A DNA stretch of 64,000 bases, from positions 1,756 through 65,755 of the forward strand of contig CAYQAO010000001.1 of NCBI GenBank assembly GCA_964415485.1, read 5' to 3'. The notes beneath the pieces were generated by a model. That model worked only from the letters and a program-made list of their open reading frames with translations, did not search any database and had not been told where the DNA came from. Of this stretch, positions 58,458-64,000 are shown piece by piece. This DNA is from an uncultured Gemmatimonadaceae bacterium. Lineage in GTDB: Bacteria > Gemmatimonadota > Gemmatimonadetes > Gemmatimonadales > Gemmatimonadaceae. A program made the translations under genes and the position numbers. Each line of letters starts with the position of its first letter. Position 1 is the stretch's first letter.

Positions 58458-59476
58458 CTGTTCACCTGCCGCAGGAACCGCATGTCGGATTCATACAGGA
58501 TACGGATATCGGGAATGCCATAACGCAGCATCGCTATTCGGCCGGGACCCATGCCGAACGCCCAGCCGGTGTACTTCTCGGAATCCACGCCGGCTGCCTT
58601 CAACACGTTGGGGTGCACCATTCCCGAGCCAAGTATCTCCATCCAGCCGCTCTGCTTGCAGCCCGCGCAGCCGCTCCCGCCGCACAGCTGACACTCCACG
58701 TCCATCTCGGCCGAGGGTTCGGTGAACGGGAAGAAGCTGGGACGGAAACGCGTGCGCGCACTGCCGAAGAATCGCCTGGCGAATGTGGTGAGGGTTGCCT
58801 TGAGGTCCACGAAGGTGACGCCCTCATCAACCGCCAGGCCTTCGATCTGTGCGAACGCCGGCGCGTGCGATGCATCGAAGAAGTCGCGCCTGTACACGGT
58901 GCCGGGAACGAGCACCCGGATGGGCGGCGCGTACTCCTGCAGCACGCGAACCTGAACCGGAGACGTATGAGTCCGCAGTAGGACGCCGTTGTCCAGGTAC
59001 AGCGTGTCGTGGAGATCCATGGCCGGATGATCGGCCGGGAAGTTGAGCGCCGTGAAGTTGTGCCACTCGGTTTCGGCTTCCGGACCTACGGCAACCGTGA
59101 ATCCGAGCTCGCGGAAGATCTCCCTGATCTCGTCCACTACCTGCGTGACCGGGTGTACTCCGCCGCGCCAGCGCTCGCGCGAGGGCATGCTGTGATCTAT
59201 GCCGGTCGTGGCAGTAGTCCGCGTCCCGCGCCGTTCGTACTCGGCCAGGGCGGAGTCGAAGTGCCGCTTGAGGGCATTCAGGGCAGCGCCTGCCTCACGC
59301 CGGGCCTCGGGCGGGACCGAGGTGATCGAGCGCTGGAGTTCGTCCTGTCGCTGTCGCCAGTCCTTGAGGGCGCCTTTCACGGCGTCCAGGCGCAATCCTG
59401 GTTCGAGTGCGGCCAGGCGCTCATCGAGCTCCTTCTCGAGGGCGCCGGCCAGGGCGAGATATTCGTCGAGCAGCAC
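58454..59476 (-). CDS. pheS: phenylalanine--tRNA ligase alpha subunit
   Basis: 340 aa with GTG start. Class II motifs FPFTEPSAEMDV and GWAFGMGPGRIAMLRYGI. Confidence 0.9.
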   Translation of the reverse strand: MLLDEYLALAGALEKELDERLAALEPGLRLDAVKGALKDWRQRQDELQRSITSVPPEARREAGAALNALKRHFDSALAEYERRGTRTTATTGIDHSMPSRERWRGGVHPVTQVVDEIREIFRELGFTVAVGPEAETEWHNFTALNFPADHPAMDLHDTLYLDNGVLLRTHTSPVQVRVLQEYAPPIRVLVPGTVYRRDFFDASHAPAFAQIEGLAVDEGVTFVDLKATLTTFARRFFGSARTRFRPSFFPFTEPSAEMDVECQLCGGSGCAGCKQSGWMEILGSGMVHPNVLKAAGVDSEKYTGWAFGMGPGRIAMLRYGIPDIRILYESDMRFLRQVNR

Positions 59477-59506
59477 GGTGGATAGGGAAAGCCGGGATGC
59501 GTGGTT

Positions 59507-59612
59507 GGCCGGACCGCAGGGCTGCGCGAGTCCGGCCGAAGATGGTGCGGATGGACACCGGTGAAGCGACGATCGGCGGCAGCGCGACGCTGGGTCGCAC
59601 TGCCGCCGATCG
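59507..59612 (-). promoter_or_regulatory. two strong hairpins in the rplT-pheS spacer
   Basis: 59570..59612 has a 13-bp outer stem CGATCGGCGGCAG/CTGCCGCCGATCG plus a 5-bp inner stem. 59507..59537 has an 8-bp stem GGCCGGAC/GTCCGGCC plus an inner 4 bp. Neither has a T tract. Confidence 0.4.
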
Positions 59613-59679
59613 GTTACGCGAGGGTTCCGTCGTCAGGACGTCGTCTCACGAAGTCCGGCCTGCCGGCCGGTTGCGGTCG

Positions 59680-60042
59680 TCAGGCGGCCTGCAGCGCGTT
59701 GCGAGCCCTGTCGGCCAGCGACGCGAACGCCACCGGGTCGTGCACCGCGAGGTCCGCGAGGATCTTGCGGTCGATCTCGATGCCGGCCTTGCGCAGGCCG
59801 TTCATGAACACGCTGTAGCTCATGTCGTTCTGGTGGGCCGCAGCGTTGATGCGGATGATCCAGAGCTTGCGGAACTCGCGCTTGCGATTCTTGCGATCGC
59901 GATACGCGTAGCGCCATCCGCGCTCCACGTTCTCCTTCGCGGACTTCCACAGCTTGCTGCGGGCGCCAAAGGCGCCGCGCGCAGCCTTCATAACCTGCTT
60001 CTTCCGCTTGAGGCGGACGACGTTTGACTTGACGCGTGGCAT
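59680..60042 (-). CDS. rplT: 50S ribosomal protein L20
   Basis: MPRVKSNVVRLKRKKQVMKAARGAFG... typical L20. Confidence 0.95.
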   Translation of the reverse strand: MPRVKSNVVRLKRKKQVMKAARGAFGARSKLWKSAKENVERGWRYAYRDRKNRKREFRKLWIIRINAAAHQNDMSYSVFMNGLRKAGIEIDRKILADLAVHDPVAFASLADRARNALQAA

Positions 60043-60058
60043 CTCTATTCCTCCTGGA

Positions 60059-60256
60059 TCACGCCTGTATCAGACGCTTCATGCGCTTCTGCTCGCCGTT
60101 GGTGGCGATGAGCGCAGCCTGGCGGAGGCGACGCTTCCGCTTGGATGTCTTCTTGGTGAGGATGTGGCTCTTGTAGGCGCGGTTCCGCCGCACCTTCCCG
60201 GAGCCCGTCACCGAGAAGCGCTTCTTGGCGCCCCTGTGGGTCTTCATCTTAGGCAT
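60059..60256 (-). CDS. rpmI: 50S ribosomal protein L35
   Basis: [31 protein letters not shown]... typical L35. Confidence 0.95.
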   Translation of the reverse strand: MPKMKTHRGAKKRFSVTGSGKVRRNRAYKSHILTKKTSKRKRRLRQAALIATNGEQKRMKRLIQA

Positions 60257-60268
60257 CGAACGACTCTC

Positions 60269-60784
60269 TTATTTCGGCGATAGTATCATCGTCATGGACC
60301 GACCCTCGAGCTTCGGATCCGACTCCACCCTGGCGATGTCGGCCAGTTCCTCTGCAACCCGGTCCACGACCTCACGACCCAGCTCGGGGTGGGTGATCTG
60401 ACGGCCACGGAACATCATCGTGACCTTCACCTTGTTCCCTTCCTCCAGGAAGCGCCGAGCGTGCCGGGTCTTGGTCTCGAAGTCGTGGTCATCGATACCC
60501 GGACGCATCTTCACTTCCTTCAGCTGGATCACGTGCTGCTTCTTCTTCGCGGCACGTGCCTGCTTGGCCTGCTCGAACTTGTACTTGCCGTAGTCCATGA
60601 TGCGGGCTACGGGCGGGCGAGCCATCGGCGCGACCTCCACGAGGTCGAGCCCCAACTCCTGAGCTGCCGCGAGCGCGGCATCCACGTCCATGATTCCCAT
60701 CTGCCCGCCGTCCGGGTCTATGACGCGGATGGGACTGATACGAATCTGACGATTGACCCGGACGCGCTTGGTTGGATCCTGGAT
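60269..60784 (-). CDS. infC: translation initiation factor IF-3
   Basis: Conserved core RVNRQIRISPIRVIDPDGGQMG...LVEVAP...DYGKYKFEQ. Proposed non-canonical ATC start at 60784, preceded by GGAG with a 7-nt spacer, giving 171 aa. In-frame ATG 60853 (also with a GGAGGAG SD) is the alternative. The track ORF opens at 60910. Confidence 0.8.
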   Translation of the reverse strand: MQDPTKRVRVNRQIRISPIRVIDPDGGQMGIMDVDAALAAAQELGLDLVEVAPMARPPVARIMDYGKYKFEQAKQARAAKKKQHVIQLKEVKMRPGIDDHDFETKTRHARRFLEEGNKVKVTMMFRGRQITHPELGREVVDRVAEELADIARVESDPKLEGRSMTMILSPK

Positions 60785-60979
60785 TGCCGTGCTCCGTGTG
60801 ATGGTCGGAAAACAAAGACGTGCGAACTTCCATATACGGAGTCCGCACGCCATGCGCCGCTCCTCCGCCCGAGGAACGACGCAGACTGCCTGTGAGGACT
60901 CCTGCAGCACACCGCGAAACCGCGGAGGCCAGAGGGTGGGAACGCTCAGGGCGCTCCACTTGACAGATTGTGACCCCTG

Positions 60980-61008
60980 AAACTAGGGGCCGCCCGGATC
61001 GCAGTCAA
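60980..61008 (-). promoter_or_regulatory. sigma70-like promoter candidate for infC-rpmI-rplT
   Basis: Minus strand reads TTGACT-17 nt-TAGTTT, 15 nt after the MBL-hydrolase stop. Confidence 0.5.
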
Positions 61009-61022
61009 GCGCTCCGACGCAG

Positions 61023-61916
61023 CTATCCTGCAAGCCTGTACGCCTTCCCGTCGTGCTCGAGCTTGCCCCAGGCCGTGTGGGCATCGTGCTCGAACATCAG
61101 CGTCCAGCCTTCCTCGAGAGCACGAGCCAGCAAGCGCCGCTTTGTCTCCAGCGTTACCAGCGGCTCCACGTCGTACCCCATGATCCAGGGCAGAGGCAGG
61201 TGCCACTGGGTGGGCACCAGATCCGCCAGGAACACCAGCCGCTCATCCTCACTCTCCAGGAGAACACTCTGGTGGAAGGGCGTGTGCCCCGGCGTAAGCA
61301 GCAGCCGAATGCCCGGCAGCAACTCCCGCTCGCCATCCACAAGTTCCATGGCGCCGGAGGCGATGAGCGGTTCGTAGTTGTGCGGAAAGTAGCTGGCCGT
61401 GGTCCGCTCGTTCGCTCCGCGGGCATACTCCAGCTCGCCACGCTGCACCACGTAGCGCGCATTCGGGAACGCAGGGGCTACCCGATCGCTCCGCATGACC
61501 GTGTTCCCGCCGGCATGGTCGAAGTGCAGGTGGGTGTTGATCACCAGGCTCACGTCGTCAGGCGAGAAGCCGGCAACCCGGATCGCGGCCTCCAGCGCCG
61601 TGGGACCCGGATCCTCCGGCACTCCGGCCGCCGCGGGAGTGTTCTCGATCCCGTAGATCTGGTAGAACTTCTCCGGCTCCTTGATGCCTGCACCCGTATC
61701 CACGAGCACGAGTTCCGACTCGTGCTCGACGAGCAGGCAGCGCATTCCCATGGGTATGCGGTTGCGCTCGTCCGCGGGCAGCCGCCGCTCCCACAGCGGC
61801 TTGGGTACCACCCCGAACATCGCGCCCCCGTCCAGCTGCTGTCCTCCGGCCTGCAGGGCATGAATGGTCCAGCGCCCGAAACGTCGTGACTCGTGCAGCG
61901 GGGCAGGAAAGGTCAT
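61023..61916 (-). CDS. MBL-fold metallo-hydrolase
   Basis: HLHFDHAGG (HxHxDH) motif plus downstream His/Asp ligands. 297 aa. Confidence 0.8.
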   Translation of the reverse strand: MTFPAPLHESRRFGRWTIHALQAGGQQLDGGAMFGVVPKPLWERRLPADERNRIPMGMRCLLVEHESELVLVDTGAGIKEPEKFYQIYGIENTPAAAGVPEDPGPTALEAAIRVAGFSPDDVSLVINTHLHFDHAGGNTVMRSDRVAPAFPNARYVVQRGELEYARGANERTTASYFPHNYEPLIASGAMELVDGERELLPGIRLLLTPGHTPFHQSVLLESEDERLVFLADLVPTQWHLPLPWIMGYDVEPLVTLETKRRLLARALEEGWTLMFEHDAHTAWGKLEHDGKAYRLAG

Positions 61917-61924
61917 CTCTGGAG

Positions 61925-61945
61925 TAGTCAGTGGTCAGTGGTCAG
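61925..61945. repeat. three tandem heptamers immediately upstream of the MBL-hydrolase ATG
   Basis: Plus strand TAGTCAG TGGTCAG TGGTCAG. Minus strand CTGACCA CTGACCA CTGACTA, ending 8 nt before ATG 61916. Confidence 0.5.
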
Positions 61946-61996
61946 TCTTCGGTACGCGCACCATCGCGCAGCCGGCGCGCGTGCGGAACGGCCGCG

Positions 61997-62977
61997 TCAG
62001 GCGGTGGTATCGCGATCCACCGGGCGCGGCAGGCCTGCCGAACGACGCCGCCTCTTCCTGGCGGCTGGCGTGGACAGCATCTGCTCCAGGCGTCCCCACG
62101 TGTCCACGCCCCTGTCCGCCGCATCGCCGAGGAGCCTCTGCAGGACTTCCGCCGTCGCAACGGCATCACCGGCCGCACGGTGACGCGAACCGATCTCCAC
62201 GCCGTAGTGGTGAGCCACCCAGTCCAGCGACCGGCGGGGCAGCTGCGGCAGAAGCTTGCGAGCCAGGCGCACCGTGCAGAGACGGCGCCCGCCTAGCGAG
62301 AGGCCCCGCGCCCTCGACACCTCCGCGGTCACGAACCCCCAGTCGAAGGTGGCATTGTGCGCCACGAAAACGTTGCCCTGAAGCACCTTCAGCACGTCGT
62401 CGCAGACCTCGGTGAAGCATGGCTTGTCGGCAACCATGCTCCAGGAGATGTTCGTCAGGCGCGTGATCCACGGCGGGATCGGCCGCTGAGGATTCACCAG
62501 CGTCTCCCACACGTCCACCACCTGCCCTTCGCGCACCGTCACCGCCGCGATCTCCGTGATGCGGTCGTCGCCCTGAGCTCGTCCACCGGTGGTCTCCACG
62601 TCAACCACCACGTACGACAGCCTGTCGAGCCGGTCGTCGGCCCCGGGCGACGCGCATCCGGGTACCGGTTCAAAGCCCATCGCGTCGGCACGCCGCTCGG
62701 GCGGCGCGACAGCCGCTGCAAGCGCCCATCGCCCGTCTGCATTGCGCACGAACGCGCCGTGCGAGCCCAGGAGCGCCATGGCCATGTGCTCCGCCACCGG
62801 ACCGGGCGTGGCGGGCTGCTGGCAGATGCACGAGATGAGTTCAGGCGCCGTTGCCGGACCTGCGGCCAGGAAATCCCGCGCGCGCCTCACGAGCAGGCCC
62901 TCGTTCGGCTGCACCGTCACGCCCGGGCTGTTGCCGTCGAACGCGGACGACACAGGTGCCGCGTGCTTCAATTCCAT
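61997..62977 (-). CDS. DnaQ-like (DEDDh) 3'-5' exonuclease domain protein
   Basis: YVVVDVETTG (Exo I), VFVAHNATFDWGF (Exo II), HRAAGDAVATAEV (Exo III) in the C-terminal half. N-terminal about 125 aa are unassigned. Start at ATG 62977; the ORF opens at 63010. Confidence 0.75.
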   Translation of the reverse strand: MELKHAAPVSSAFDGNSPGVTVQPNEGLLVRRARDFLAAGPATAPELISCICQQPATPGPVAEHMAMALLGSHGAFVRNADGRWALAAAVAPPERRADAMGFEPVPGCASPGADDRLDRLSYVVVDVETTGGRAQGDDRITEIAAVTVREGQVVDVWETLVNPQRPIPPWITRLTNISWSMVADKPCFTEVCDDVLKVLQGNVFVAHNATFDWGFVTAEVSRARGLSLGGRRLCTVRLARKLLPQLPRRSLDWVAHHYGVEIGSRHRAAGDAVATAEVLQRLLGDAADRGVDTWGRLEQMLSTPAARKRRRRSAGLPRPVDRDTTA

Positions 62978-64000
62978 GGATCCTCGCGAAGCACCGGACA
63001 GCTCATGCACCGCGGGCCTCCCCCGGCACGTACCAGTTCCGCACCCTCGAACGTGATGACCGCACGCTCGTCGTCGCCGATCCTCGCACCGCCAGTGAGG
63101 AAGTCAACCGCCCTCACGATGGAGAAGCCGTTGCGCTCCATCTCGCGCAACGTGGCATGGTTGCGCGCATACGAAATCACCAGCCCCGGTCGCAGCGCCA
63201 CGAAGTTGCAGCCTGACGCCCACTGCTCGCGCTCCTGTTCCACTCGCCGCTGTCCTCCGCAGAAGATCGGCTCCAGCGGCATCCCCACCTCCTCGAGCGC
63301 GGCGAAGATGCTGGGCATCTCGCGCAGGCTGCTGAGTCCCTTTCGCCAGTAAAGCACCGAAAGGCGCTCGCTGCCAACGAAGTGCGGCGGAAACACGACG
63401 GCGCGATCGCGGTCCACCTGCGTGAAGATCATGTCCAGGTGAATCGCCGTGTTCTCCTTCGGCATCACCACCACGATCACGTGCTCGATCGGAGTGTGCG
63501 CGAACAGCAGCTCAGTGAGGGCGTCAATCGCCGCGGGACTCGAGCGTTCGCTGAACCCGATCAGCACCACGTCCTCGCGAAGCGGGTGAACGTCACCGCC
63601 CTCGAGCGTGAAGTTGTGCCTGCGCTCGGTGGACCCGTCATACAGGATGCCTGCATTGGACAGCGCGGGGTGCGAACGGAAGAGCACCTTCATAAGCAGC
63701 TCCTCCGTCCAGCGAACCGAGTAGCGCATGGAACCGATGAGCACATGCCGGCCGATGCTCATGGCGGAGTCCCGGGTGAAGAACAGGTTCGGCAGCGGCG
63801 GAAGCGCGTAGCTCGCCTCGTTGAGCGTGCGTGCGAGCGGACCCTGCGGCTCCTCGTGTCCCTCGATGAGGCGCTGAACCAGGTGCGGCGTGGAAATCTC
63901 CAGCAGCTCGCGTCCGAGCGGCTCGGACGGCACCACGTTCATCGTCTCCCTCACGACGAACTCGCGCACCTCCGGACTCTCGAGAACCTCGGTCAGCAGG
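62968..64000 (-). CDS. arcA: arginine deiminase (N-terminus outside window)
   Basis: FTRDSAM, LEGGDV, AIHLDM, and C-terminal AGGGPRCMSCPVLRE motifs. The reading frame stays open to the window edge. Confidence 0.85.
   Translation of the reverse strand, partial: LLTEVLESPEVREFVVRETMNVVPSEPLGRELLEISTPHLVQRLIEGHEEPQGPLARTLNEASYALPPLPNLFFTRDSAMSIGRHVLIGSMRYSVRWTEELLMKVLFRSHPALSNAGILYDGSTERRHNFTLEGGDVHPLREDVVLIGFSERSSPAAIDALTELLFAHTPIEHVIVVVMPKENTAIHLDMIFTQVDRDRAVVFPPHFVGSERLSVLYWRKGLSSLREMPSIFAALEEVGMPLEPIFCGGQRRVEQEREQWASGCNFVALRPGLVISYARNHATLREMERNGFSIVRAVDFLTGGARIGDDERAVITFEGAELVRAGGGPRCMSCPVLREDPWN

Noticed and set aside
59477-59679. pheL-type attenuator leader peptide upstream of pheS
   Set aside because: No small ORF with consecutive Phe codons is present, and the hairpins lack T tracts.

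Overview
Visibly high-GC bacterial chromosomal segment with no plasmid or phage hallmarks. I call 58 protein genes and 2 tRNAs. All but four CDS are on the minus strand. Most are conserved housekeeping genes in familiar blocks: lysA-proS-hisS-folC-accD; mreB-mreC-mreD-mrdA-rodA; rpsO-pnp-M16 peptidase; rpsB-tsf-pyrH-frr-uppS-cdsA-dxr-rseP; rplM-rpsI; an acyl-CoA carboxylase block; rpsA-cmk-aroA; infC-rpmI-rplT-pheS-pheT-(coiled coil)-zapA-rny-folD-xseA-xseB-ispA-dxs-nadK-recN. Boundaries come from the ORF track. I trimmed them where the longest ORF overlaps the upstream gene and a homolog-like N-terminus starts at an internal ATG/GTG. The only non-housekeeping stretch is about 38.7-45.4 kb, around a tRNA-Gly/tRNA-Leu pair. 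Its most interesting content is a plus-strand two-gene unit (39524-41423). The first gene encodes a Lys/Arg/Ala/Pro-repeat, histone-H1/AlgP-like protein with a small Cys/His C-terminal domain. The second encodes a Rad52/DdrA-like single-strand-annealing protein with a 4-Cys zinc ribbon and an SSB-like acidic ...ELPF C-terminal tip. I treat this as a candidate uncharacterised DNA-end protection or repair module; the function is inference only. I recognised no rRNA, CRISPR array, transposase, integrase or toxin-antitoxin pair. The many long antisense ORFs in the track are high-GC artefacts. All domain calls are motif recognition by eye; no database search or folding program was run.
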